DNA of 64,000 bases from Candidatus Magasanikiibacteriota bacterium (GTDB lineage: Bacteria > Patescibacteriota > Patescibacteriia > Magasanikbacterales > UBA922): the NCBI GenBank assembly GCA_021648085.1, contig JAKITS010000001.1, positions 196,948 through 260,947 on the forward strand, given 5' to 3'. Of this stretch, positions 38,700 through 47,796 are shown in pieces (position 1 is the stretch's first letter; each line of letters begins with the position of its first letter). The notes below the pieces were generated by a model that saw only the letters and a program-made list of their open reading frames with translations, ran no database searches and was not told where the DNA came from. A program made the position numbers and the translations under genes.

Positions 38700-39317
38700 A
38701 TGAAAAAAGAATTATATTATTTTCCTAATTGGGTTATAATTGACTATCTCTCCCATATTACTTCTAATAAAATACAAGATACTGATAATATTGAAATGAT
38801 ATGTTCTTTGGTCATGTCTAAATTTTGTGAAAGGCAATTTGGAAAAGAATGTTTTATAGGATTTGAGGTAAAGGAAAGTTATAAAAGAAAATTACCAAAA
38901 GATAATCTTATGTCTGAGCAAGATTTTATCAATCTTATAAAAGATGGTTTTTTTAAAGATACTCCAATAGATTTTTCTATTGCAATTCCTTCTAAAAAAG
39001 GCAGAATTGATTTTCAATTAAAAAGATTTGGGAAATCTTTAAAACAAAATAATACTAATGATTTAATTAATTATATTAACGACCTTTCAAAAGAATATGG
39101 AGATACTGATTGTAATTTAATAATACTCTGTGAATCTTGTGAAGTGAGTCCATTGACTGTATCTCAAAAAATTTGTATTAAAAATTACCCATTTAAAAAA
39201 ATAATTTTAATAGATGTGGAGGGGTCAAAATATATTTATTATCATGGTATATGGTCAGATAAGGGGGAAAGTGGAACATCAAGATTTAATATGCAAACGA
39301 TGAAATTTGATTATTAA
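38700..39317 (+). CDS. hypothetical protein, possible PD-(D/E)XK-like nuclease
   Basis: TPIDF...IDFQLK resembles a PD..(Q)xK core; located in defence island. Confidence 0.55.
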   Translation: MKKELYYFPNWVIIDYLSHITSNKIQDTDNIEMICSLVMSKFCERQFGKECFIGFEVKESYKRKLPKDNLMSEQDFINLIKDGFFKDTPIDFSIAIPSKKGRIDFQLKRFGKSLKQNNTNDLINYINDLSKEYGDTDCNLIILCESCEVSPLTVSQKICIKNYPFKKIILIDVEGSKYIYYHGIWSDKGESGTSRFNMQTMKFDY

Positions 39318-39332
39318 GGTTTTTTAAATAAT

Positions 39333-40067
39333 ATGAAATGTAGACTATGTAAAAAAGACAAAAGTTTAATAAAAGCACATATCATACCTAAAACTTTTTA
39401 TGATTTTCTTTATCCGTCAGATGATAATAGTTCTTTAATAATGGTTAGGAAAAATAAACATATTAAAAGAAGACCAGTTGGAAGTTATGACATGAATATA
39501 TTGTGTAAAGATTGCGATAGTGATCTTGGTTTATATGATGAATATGGTAAAAAAGTTTTTTTAGAAAAAAAATTAGAAAAACATCCACAGACTGAAAGCG
39601 CGTTTATAATTAGAGATGTGGATTATGAAAAATTAAGTTTTTTCATAATTTCCTTATTGTGGAGAGCTGGTATATCTTCTTTGGATGAGTATGGGTTTGT
39701 TCAATTAAATAAATATGAGGAAATATTGAGGGACATAATCTATAATAAAAAATATAAAAAGTTAATAGATTATCCGTTTATTATTACTCAATTTGAAAAA
39801 GATGGTTTAGATGGGATTGTGGATAAAAGTTTTCTTAATCCAGTTAAGTTATATATGGATAAAAGACGTTTTTATCTTTTTTATTTACCAAATTGTTATA
39901 GTATTTATATTAAAGTTGATAAACAAAAAATGCAAAGTAGTTTTTCAAAAATAGCTTTTAAAAAAGATGGTAATTTATTTATAATTAATAGGGGAAAGTA
40001 TAAAAACTCTAAAGAATTTAAATTAATTGTGGATATAGTTAAATCTGGATTTACGCCACAAACATAG
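39333..40067 (+). CDS. HNH-like Zn-binding nuclease domain protein
   Basis: CRLC..KAHIIPK...LCKDCD. Confidence 0.7.
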   Translation: MKCRLCKKDKSLIKAHIIPKTFYDFLYPSDDNSSLIMVRKNKHIKRRPVGSYDMNILCKDCDSDLGLYDEYGKKVFLEKKLEKHPQTESAFIIRDVDYEKLSFFIISLLWRAGISSLDEYGFVQLNKYEEILRDIIYNKKYKKLIDYPFIITQFEKDGLDGIVDKSFLNPVKLYMDKRRFYLFYLPNCYSIYIKVDKQKMQSSFSKIAFKKDGNLFIINRGKYKNSKEFKLIVDIVKSGFTPQT

Positions 40068-40082
40068 AATTGATTAAAAAAT

Positions 40083-40676
40083 ATGAATACAACAATAATA
40101 CAATCAGCACCAAATCAATATAATATAATGTTAATGAATTACGCAGAAATTGTTGAAAAGACTAATTAGCAATTAAGTTTTTGGTTTAATCCTTATGCTA
40201 TTATGGTAGCTGTTTTGGCTGTACTGTTTACTATTGGAGCGATTATTGCTGCGATTATTATTCATCTAAATAATAAAAAGCACAAACAGAGGACGGAAGA
40301 CTTTTTTAAAGAACAAGAGATAATTTATAAAAAAAGACAAGAAGAGATTAAAAAAGATTTTGATATTTTAATTAAAGTAAAAGAAAAAGAATATAGAAAA
40401 GCAGAAAAAAAAGACAGAAAAGAAATAAAAAAAGAAATTATAGAATTGAAGAAAGATAAAATATCCATAGGTTTTTATAGGATACCCGAAGCCGTGGAAG
40501 ATAGCATTAATAATATTAGAAGTAAATATGGAGTTGGATATAGAATTTGTAAAACTAAATGTTTTGGCTGTAAAGAAAATTTTCAATATAAAGATGAAAC
40601 AATAAACAATATTGTACAGGTGGTAGGGAGTAAAAAAGTTTTCTGTCCTTATTGTGGGGCTGAAAATTTTATATAA
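40083..40676 (+). pseudogene. membrane protein with C-terminal Zn ribbon, interrupted by in-frame TAG
   Basis: ATG 40083 in frame with ORF 40203; TAG at 40167-40169 in EKTN*QLSFWFNPY; CFGC..CPYC. Confidence 0.6.
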
Positions 40677-40689
40677 TTTTTAAAAAGCA

Positions 40690-40717
40690 AAAGACAAGTC
40701 TTTTAAAACTTGTCTTT
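40690..40717. terminator. bidirectional hairpin terminator
   Basis: AAAGACAAGT-CTTTTAAA-ACTTGTCTTT between convergent genes. Confidence 0.55.
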
Positions 40718-40725
40718 ATGCTTGT

Positions 40726-40869
40726 CTACTTTTTCTGTTTCTTTTTTGGTGCACGCTGTGACATTGCACTTCCTGCTGCTGTTTTAGAATGTTTACTTGT
40801 TCTTTTATCTCTAAGAACTTTGCTTGCAGCTTTGCCAGCTTTTTTGCTGGTTTTTCTGTTTTTTGCCAT
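40726..40869 (-). CDS. small basic protein (47 aa, not in ORF track)
   Basis: MAKNRKTSKKAGKAASKVLRDKRTSKHSKTAAGSAMSQRAPKKKQKK*; upstream TTGACA-17-TATACT. Confidence 0.75.
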   Translation of the reverse strand: MAKNRKTSKKAGKAASKVLRDKRTSKHSKTAAGSAMSQRAPKKKQKK

Positions 40870-40969
40870 AATCTTTGTATTACAGATTAATAAAACTACC
40901 ATTTCAACTTTTAAGCATATTTTTTATGTATCCACGACAAACATAAAAAAGTGCAATAGTAATGATTTT

Positions 40970-41049
40970 AGTATATAAAGGATTGGTTTAAATGTCAAGA
41001 AAAATAAGACTTACTTAATTATTGACAAAATAATATTTTATGGTATAAT
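40970..41049. promoter_or_regulatory. divergent sigma70 promoters
   Basis: minus TTGACA(40998-40993)-17-TATACT; plus TTGACA(41022)-16-TATAAT(41044) with TG extension. Confidence 0.65.
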
Positions 41050-41078
41050 AAAGATAATAAATAATTTGAAGTAGAAAT

Positions 41079-41849
41079 ATGCACCATCTTCAAGAAAAAA
41101 TTCTCAATCTTTTGGAAACAAAAGATATTTCTGGTTTATCACTTAGAGAAATTGCCAAATTGATAAACGAAACAGGAAGTCCGCAAAAAATAAAACATCA
41201 TTTGGATCAGCTCGCAAAAAGAGGGCTTATTTTTGTGGACAAAAAAAATAAAGAAATTAAAAAAATAAAACCCGGAATGGACAAAAAAACTCAAATTATT
41301 TCTTTGCCTATTTTGGGAAGTGCAAATTGTGGTGTAGCGACATATTTTGCAGAAAATCATGTAGAAGGATATTTGAAAGTGACCAAAAATATTTTGGGCG
41401 AACTTGCCAAAAGAATCGAAAGCTTGTTTGTGTTACGTGCAGTTGGCTCTTCTATGAATCGTGCTAATATTCGTGGAAATAGTATTGAAGATGGAGATTA
41501 TGTGATTGTGGATAGTGAAAAAAAAGAGCTAGAAAGTGGTTTATATATGGTTTCTATTATTAATGATGTCGCAAATATAAAAAAAGTTTTTTTTGACAAA
41601 AAAAATAGGCAAATAGTTTTAATGTCTGAGTCAAACCAAGATATTACACCAATATATATACACAAAAAAGATTTAAATGAATATTTAATTGCTGGAACTG
41701 TGGTAAAAATTATGAAAAATCCCACAGAAGAAAATTTAAATATGTTTAGCGATATTTCTGCAATTGATTCTTTAAAAAATCTAGGTTCTTTGTCCAGTGA
41801 GGAAGAATCTTATTATAATAATGCTGATAATTTTAAGAAATATGCGTAA
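41079..41849 (+). CDS. LexA-like repressor (wHTH + S24 peptidase) with acidic C-terminal tail
   Basis: SLREIA..HHLDQLAKRG, GSANCG cleavage site, GSSM catalytic Ser, ANIKK catalytic Lys. Confidence 0.85.
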   Translation: MHHLQEKILNLLETKDISGLSLREIAKLINETGSPQKIKHHLDQLAKRGLIFVDKKNKEIKKIKPGMDKKTQIISLPILGSANCGVATYFAENHVEGYLKVTKNILGELAKRIESLFVLRAVGSSMNRANIRGNSIEDGDYVIVDSEKKELESGLYMVSIINDVANIKKVFFDKKNRQIVLMSESNQDITPIYIHKKDLNEYLIAGTVVKIMKNPTEENLNMFSDISAIDSLKNLGSLSSEEESYYNNADNFKKYA

Positions 41850-42195
41850 TCCGGATTTGAAACAAGGTGATATTTATTTAGTTGATTTTAGTGAAAATTC
41901 AGTTGGGCATGAGTATCAGAAAAAACGTCCTGCAATTATTATTCAATCAAATTTACAAATAAAAAAGTCAAATCTTGTGACAATTATGCCATTATCTACA
42001 AAATTGGATAAAGCTTTAAAAGAAGATATTTTGGTTGAAAAAGATAATAATAATTTATTATTACATGATTCTGTGATAAAAGTGCAACATATTATTTCTT
42101 TTGATCCTGTTAGATTTTCTCATAAAATTGGAGAGGTAAAAAAAGAAGTTCTTAGTGAAATTAAGAACTATTTAACCAAACACTTTGATTTGTAA
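41842..42195 (+). CDS. PemK/MazF family toxin
   Basis: QGDIYLVDF..GHEYQKKRPAIII..VTIMPLST; ATG overlaps the upstream stop. Confidence 0.9.
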   Translation: MRNPDLKQGDIYLVDFSENSVGHEYQKKRPAIIIQSNLQIKKSNLVTIMPLSTKLDKALKEDILVEKDNNNLLLHDSVIKVQHIISFDPVRFSHKIGEVKKEVLSEIKNYLTKHFDL

Positions 42196-42199
42196 ACTC

Positions 42200-42913
42200 T
42201 TAAATAGGAGCAAAGAAAGTTTTCACCTGCCCAAAATTAGGCCTGCTATTTGGTGAAACTCGCTCGTATAGAAAGTGGGGGATGCCGATGTCGGCGATGA
42301 AGATTTTTCCACTTTTTGATTTTGCTTTGTTTTTGGTAAATGCTTTTTTTGGTAGTGCTAGGCTAAGTGTGGCATAAGCGCGAATGTGTGGCTCAAAGCA
42401 TTCTCCGGTGGTTGGGTCTATTCCAGTTGGAATGTCGTAGCAAATGACATTCTTTTTTGTTTTATTTATCATTTCTATTATTTTGGCAAAGTTATCACGC
42501 GGTGCACCTTTCAAATTGTACCCAATCAAGGCGTCTATAATTAGTGTGCTAGAGTTTATTAATTTTTCTATTTCATCTTGCTTTTCCAAATTTTTGACTG
42601 TCAAAATATTTGCGTCTATTTTTTGTAATAAATCTAAATGGTGTTTTGCTTGCGTTGTTATGTTTTTAGACATTAAAATAATGGATGTTCTAAATCCGTG
42701 ATTTAACAAATGCCGTGCTGCACATAAACCATTTCCACCTTTGTTGCCAGTACCACAAACTACAACAATATGAGATTTTTTGGAGATACTCATACTTGTG
42801 ATGAGTGGCAACATGTGCCAACCAGCCAGCTCCATCATCTGCATTACGCAAAGACCGTTTTCTACTGCGATCTTGTCTAAAAACTGCATTTCTTTCGCTG
42901 TGGCAAAATACAT
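42200..42913 (-). CDS. nnrE: NAD(P)H-hydrate epimerase (YjeF N-terminal)
   Basis: MMELAG, GTGNKGGNG, IIDALIG, DIPTG, ADIGIP. Confidence 0.85.
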   Translation of the reverse strand: MYFATAKEMQFLDKIAVENGLCVMQMMELAGWHMLPLITSMSISKKSHIVVVCGTGNKGGNGLCAARHLLNHGFRTSIILMSKNITTQAKHHLDLLQKIDANILTVKNLEKQDEIEKLINSSTLIIDALIGYNLKGAPRDNFAKIIEMINKTKKNVICYDIPTGIDPTTGECFEPHIRAYATLSLALPKKAFTKNKAKSKSGKIFIADIGIPHFLYERVSPNSRPNFGQVKTFFAPI

Positions 42914-43039
42914 ATGGTTGTTTGTTAAAAGTTTGTGGTTAAAAAAAGTTTTAGTGGATTGTTTAAAAAGCAGATTAGGCAGAGTAAGCAAAAAGTGCGA
43001 GTGTTTTGGTTTGATTATTTATATTTGGTGATATTGTAC

Positions 43040-43131
43040 GGGGATCCATTCGACCCCATTTCGTTCCGCTCAGGATGACATATTTTTATTCACGTCATAT
43101 TGAGCGAAGTGAAACGGAGTCGAAATATCCC
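43040..43131. repeat. back-to-back REP-like doublet
   Basis: GGATCCATTCGAC..CGCTCAGGATGACA-spacer-CGTCATATTGAGCG..AGTCGAAATATCCC. Confidence 0.85.
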
Positions 43132-43205
43132 GGTGCAGTGTCACTATTTTTGTAAGTAATTAAAATAAAGTGTTAGTCCTGTTTTTTCTTGTTCTTTTAA
43201 AAAAA

Positions 43206-44507
43206 TTATTTCAATAACTTTTTTGTCTCAATTTTATAATTTTCTACATTTGGTTGATCAAAAGTGTTTAGGTCCATAAGTTTTCCCAAAAGCATTATTT
43301 CTATCATTTTGAACTGCATAAATTCTCCAAATGATTTTGGATTTAGCTCGTCCAAAACAACTTCGCAAAATGGCAAATTTCTTTTTTTGTAAGCTATTTT
43401 TGTGCCGTTCATAATTGCAGTCATAATCTGCAAAGCACTTTTTCCGGTTATATTTTCTGCAAGTTCTGGAAATCTTCGTTTTTTTGGAATTTGCACATCT
43501 ACCCAATTTTTCTTTATTTCTACAAAAGTTGTAGTTTTGTTTATTGGTCCGCCCAAATAAAGTTGACCCACAGAATGCAGGTCTGTAGAACCCACAGAAA
43601 CAATTGGTAAAATTCCGGCGTTTACTTTTTTTCCTCGTTTACTTTTTTCTTTTCCTATACTTTCTGCCAAAAGCTGTCTATACCATTTTCCCAAAGATTC
43701 CAATTCTGGGTTGAATACAAAAGTATCTGTAATTTCTAGGCCTTTTTTATAATATTCGTACAAAATTATGGCAGATTGTAAGGCAGGATTTTTGGTAATA
43801 TCAAAATGCGTACAGCGGCTTCGCATTAGTTTTGCGCCGTTTAGTAGTTGTTTTATATCTACTCCTAAAACGGCAAGAGGAAAAAGTCCAACAGCAGAAA
43901 ATACAGAAAATCTACCTCCAACTTTCTGCGGAATTGCTAATGTAGATATTCCTTTTTTTTGTGCTATTAGCCAAAGTTTGGATTGGTAGTCTGTGGTAAT
44001 TACAAATCGGTCTAATGATTTTGGAAACTTTTTTGAAAACATTTTGGCGACAATTTCTAGGTTTGCAATAGTTTCAGTTGTTTCGCCAGATTTACTGATT
44101 GCGTTTATCAAAAATTCATTTTTATCTTTTGAACTGTGGATAAGTTTTCCAAGCTTTTCTATAAATACAGGATTGTTGGTATCTAGGAAAATCATCTTTG
44201 GTGCTCTATTTTCCAAAATATCAAAATGTCCATAAAGTGCATCGTAAATTGCTTTTGTTCCCAAATTTGAACCGCCAATTCCTATTACAATTATATATTT
44301 CAATTTTGCACTAGATTTTTTATTTGCCATTTCCAAAACTTTCCCCAGAGTATTTCTGTCAAAAGGGCAGTTGATAGAACTTTCTAAATAATCGTAAGAA
44401 TTTCTATCTATAACTTCTTGCAAAAGCTTAAAATAAACAGAGAGTTTCCCTATATGTTTTTTGAATATTCTTTCTGAAATTCTAGAATTTTTGTGTATAA
44501 ATTTCAT
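43206..44507 (-). CDS. pgi: glucose-6-phosphate isomerase
   Basis: IGIGGSNLG, SKSGETTET, VGGRFSV, QLLAESIGK, FDQPNVE. Confidence 0.93.
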   Translation of the reverse strand: MKFIHKNSRISERIFKKHIGKLSVYFKLLQEVIDRNSYDYLESSINCPFDRNTLGKVLEMANKKSSAKLKYIIVIGIGGSNLGTKAIYDALYGHFDILENRAPKMIFLDTNNPVFIEKLGKLIHSSKDKNEFLINAISKSGETTETIANLEIVAKMFSKKFPKSLDRFVITTDYQSKLWLIAQKKGISTLAIPQKVGGRFSVFSAVGLFPLAVLGVDIKQLLNGAKLMRSRCTHFDITKNPALQSAIILYEYYKKGLEITDTFVFNPELESLGKWYRQLLAESIGKEKSKRGKKVNAGILPIVSVGSTDLHSVGQLYLGGPINKTTTFVEIKKNWVDVQIPKKRRFPELAENITGKSALQIMTAIMNGTKIAYKKRNLPFCEVVLDELNPKSFGEFMQFKMIEIMLLGKLMDLNTFDQPNVENYKIETKKLLK

Positions 44508-44596
44508 ATATCTTAATTTTAACATTTTTGGGGCTTAATCACAAAATGATGTATAATAAAACTGTTAACAATATTATTTTATTTTTAATCATTTAT

Positions 44597-44830
44597 ATGC
44601 CATATAGAAATAAAAAATTTCGTATTTTGGAGTTCGTTTTAATTGGGGTAGTAATGGGAACAGTAGAAGATTTGTTGGCTGTTGTGCTCGCAACAGACGC
44701 AACATTTAGTTGGAGAATTATGTGGGTTGTTTTGGCAGTTTCAATTCCATTTGCGCTTATTACCGAGTTGGTTGTAGATCACCCAGGTTTTTGGAAAATA
44801 TTTTTTAAAAACGGAAAAAAGAAAAAATAA
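44597..44830 (+). CDS. small membrane protein
   Basis: LEFVLIGVVMGTVEDLLAV..IPFALITELVVDH. Confidence 0.65.
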   Translation: MPYRNKKFRILEFVLIGVVMGTVEDLLAVVLATDATFSWRIMWVVLAVSIPFALITELVVDHPGFWKIFFKNGKKKK

Positions 44831-44833
44831 AAT

Positions 44834-45349
44834 ATGGCAAAGTTTTCTAGAAAGACCTACGCGCTTTATGTAAAAAATTTTATATTTGGAGTAGAGGATA
44901 GCTTGGTTTCCACAATTGGGCTTATTTCTGGTGTGGCTATTACTGGTGTAGCTCGTGGTACTATTATTATCACAGGAATTATTTTGATATTTGTAGAGGC
45001 TACATCTATGGGTATTGGTAGTCTTTTGTCCGAGCACACAGCAGAGGAATACAGCAAAAAGAAAAATACACCTTTTGGGACTTCAATAGTTGCCGGCTCT
45101 ATAATGTTTGTCTCTTATTTTTTGGCAGGTTTTATTCCACTTTCACCATATCTTTTTTTAGAGTCTATGACAGCATTTTGGGTTTCAATAGTTTTTTCTC
45201 TCGTAGCACTTTTTGTTTTGGGAGTGGTTAGTGGTAAAATATTTAAAATTAATAAAATTAGAAAAGGTTTAGAAATGCTTTTGCTTGGTGGTTTGGGGGT
45301 TTTGGTTGGAGTAATCGTGGGTGTGATTGTCCAGAATTATCTTATTTAA
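44834..45349 (+). CDS. VIT1/CCC1 family metal transporter
   Basis: FIFGVEDSLVST, EATSMG, IPLSPY. Confidence 0.9.
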   Translation: MAKFSRKTYALYVKNFIFGVEDSLVSTIGLISGVAITGVARGTIIITGIILIFVEATSMGIGSLLSEHTAEEYSKKKNTPFGTSIVAGSIMFVSYFLAGFIPLSPYLFLESMTAFWVSIVFSLVALFVLGVVSGKIFKINKIRKGLEMLLLGGLGVLVGVIVGVIVQNYLI

Positions 45350-45352
45350 TAT

Positions 45353-46747
45353 ATGGAAAGACTTTTGGCTATAAGTCCTATAGATGGAAGGTATAAAAAT
45401 AAAACAAATGAATTAAGCAAAATTTGTAGTGAGTTCGGTTTAATTTCATATAGAGTAAAGGTGGAGATAAAATATTTAATAATGCTTTCAGAGCACGCCC
45501 AAATAGGCGTGCGCTTATTTTCAAAGGAGGAAAATTTTTTATTAAAAGAATTACAAAATTTAACATTAGAAGATGCAAATATTGTAAAAGAATTAGAAGA
45601 GACAGGATATAAGGAAATATTAGCCACAAGACATGATGTAAAATCAGTTGAGTATTTTATTAAAAATAAATTAAAAAATAGCTCACTTTCAGATGTGTCA
45701 GAATGGGTTCATTTTGGTTTAACATCAGAAGATATAAATAATATTTCTTATGCTTTGATGATACGAGATTCATTGGAATCTGTAATACTTCCTTTTATTG
45801 AAAATATAATGAATGAAATTTCTATTTTTTCTAAAGAAAATCGTTTTATTTCCATTTTAGCCAGAACACATGGTCAACCAGCATCTCCTACAACTTTTGG
45901 TAAAGAATTTAAAGTTTATTTGAGTAGACTACAAAGACAGTTTGAAATAATAAAGAAAAATCAAATTTTAGTAAAGTTAAATGGTGCAACAGGAAATTAT
46001 AATGCACATTATAGTGCTTATCCAAATGTAAATTGGTTGAAATTTAGTAAGGATTTTGTGGAAGTTTTAAATAAAAATAATTTTCTAAAGTTAGAACTTA
46101 ATTCTTTTACTACTCAAATAGAACCACAAGATAGTTTTATAGAAATATTTGATGCATTGCGTAGAGTAAATACAATTTTAATAGATTTTTCTCAAGATTT
46201 GTGGAGGTATATAAGTGATGGTTGGCTTACACAAAAAATAATAATAGGAGAGGTTGGATCTTCCACAATGCCGCACAAAGTAAATCCTATTGATTTTGAA
46301 AATGCCGAAGGAAATTTAAGTATAGCAAATAGTATGTTTACTTTTTTTTCACAAAAATTACCAATTTCTAGACTTCAACGAGATCTGTCAAATTCTACTG
46401 TTCAAAGAAATTTTGGTGTTGCTTTTTCTCATTGCCTTATTTCGTACAAATCATTATTAAAAGGACTTTCAAAAATTGCTATAAATTATAAAAAAGTTTC
46501 AGATGAATTAGAAAAACACCCAGAAGTTTTAACAGAAGCAATTCAAACAGTTTTACGCAGAGAGGGAGTAAAAGCACCTTATGAACAACTTAAAAAATTA
46601 TCTCGTGGAACTGGTGAAATACGACTTATAGACTTGCATTTATTTATAGATAGTTTGGAAATAAGTGTTAATATAAAAAGAGAATTAAAATGTTTTTTAC
46701 CTTCTAGTTATATAGGCTTGGCAGAACATTTAACTAATTTAAATTAA
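45353..46747 (+). CDS. purB: adenylosuccinate lyase
   Basis: SPIDGRY, HFGLTSED, ARTHGQ, GSSTMPHKVNPIDFEN. Confidence 0.96.
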   Translation: MERLLAISPIDGRYKNKTNELSKICSEFGLISYRVKVEIKYLIMLSEHAQIGVRLFSKEENFLLKELQNLTLEDANIVKELEETGYKEILATRHDVKSVEYFIKNKLKNSSLSDVSEWVHFGLTSEDINNISYALMIRDSLESVILPFIENIMNEISIFSKENRFISILARTHGQPASPTTFGKEFKVYLSRLQRQFEIIKKNQILVKLNGATGNYNAHYSAYPNVNWLKFSKDFVEVLNKNNFLKLELNSFTTQIEPQDSFIEIFDALRRVNTILIDFSQDLWRYISDGWLTQKIIIGEVGSSTMPHKVNPIDFENAEGNLSIANSMFTFFSQKLPISRLQRDLSNSTVQRNFGVAFSHCLISYKSLLKGLSKIAINYKKVSDELEKHPEVLTEAIQTVLRREGVKAPYEQLKKLSRGTGEIRLIDLHLFIDSLEISVNIKRELKCFLPSSYIGLAEHLTNLN

Positions 46748-46753
46748 AAAAAT

Positions 46754-47728
46754 ATGTACGATATAATTTCAATAGGGGATACAACGACAGATGTTTTTTT
46801 GGAGATAGATCAGGCGACAGTAAATTGTAAGATTAAAAAAGATATTTGCCAGCTTTGTGTTGATTATGCAGATAAAATACCAGTAAATAAAATAATTCGC
46901 CTGCACGGAGTAGGAAATGCAGCGAATTCTGCTGTTGGTGCGTCTAGACTTGGGTTAAAAACTGCAATCTATACTGTCGTTGGAAATGATATTGGTGGAA
47001 AAGAGGCAAAAAAGAATTTTACAAAAGAAAAGGTTTCAAGTAAATTTTTGAAAATAGATAAAACTAAGCCTACAAATTATTCTACGGTTTTGAATTTTGA
47101 TGGAGAGCGAACAATTTTTGTTTATCATGAGTCGCGTGAATATAAATTGCCAAAATTTGGAAAATCTAAATGGATTTATTTTACTTCGCTAGCCTTCGGA
47201 CATAAACCACTTCACAAACAATTATTAAATTATTTAGAAAAAAGTGGAGCAAAACTTGCGTTTAATCCGGGGACTTTTCAAATAAAGGAAGGTTTAAAAG
47301 TTTTGAAGCCTATTTTAAAGAAAACAGAAGTTTTGTCTGTAAACAAGCGTGAGGCACAAATTTTATTAAAAAATAATAGTAGTGTGCCTATTTTGTTAAA
47401 AGAATTTTATAATTTGGGAGTAAAGAAGGTGGTAATAACAGACGGGCCAAAAGGGTCTTATACTTATAATGGAGAGGATATGTATAAAATGGGTATTTTT
47501 GATACTCCAATTTTAGAGAGGACTGGAGCTGGAGATGCGTACACAATAGCTTTTGTAAGCGCATTAGTTTTGGAAAATAACATAAAAACAGCAATGCGAT
47601 GGGGAACATTTAACGCATCTTCTGTAGTACAACATCTGGGTGCACAAGCGGGATTATTAAATTTGGATGGTATAAAGAAAATGATTAAAAATAATAAGAA
47701 CATTAAACCTCAAAAAATAGAAAAATAG
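46754..47728 (+). CDS. PfkB family carbohydrate kinase
   Basis: GNAANSA, ITDGPKG, RTGAGDAY. Confidence 0.9.
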   Translation: MYDIISIGDTTTDVFLEIDQATVNCKIKKDICQLCVDYADKIPVNKIIRLHGVGNAANSAVGASRLGLKTAIYTVVGNDIGGKEAKKNFTKEKVSSKFLKIDKTKPTNYSTVLNFDGERTIFVYHESREYKLPKFGKSKWIYFTSLAFGHKPLHKQLLNYLEKSGAKLAFNPGTFQIKEGLKVLKPILKKTEVLSVNKREAQILLKNNSSVPILLKEFYNLGVKKVVITDGPKGSYTYNGEDMYKMGIFDTPILERTGAGDAYTIAFVSALVLENNIKTAMRWGTFNASSVVQHLGAQAGLLNLDGIKKMIKNNKNIKPQKIEK

Positions 47729-47796
47729 AAAGTCTTGCTTTTATTTTTTAGATAGTGTTATACTTAGAATTCATTAAATAATAAATATTTTTGCGT

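Noticed and set aside
40718-40978. 86-aa hydrophobic + strand ORF
   Set aside because: Antisense shadow of the Lys-rich minus-strand gene, which has the promoter
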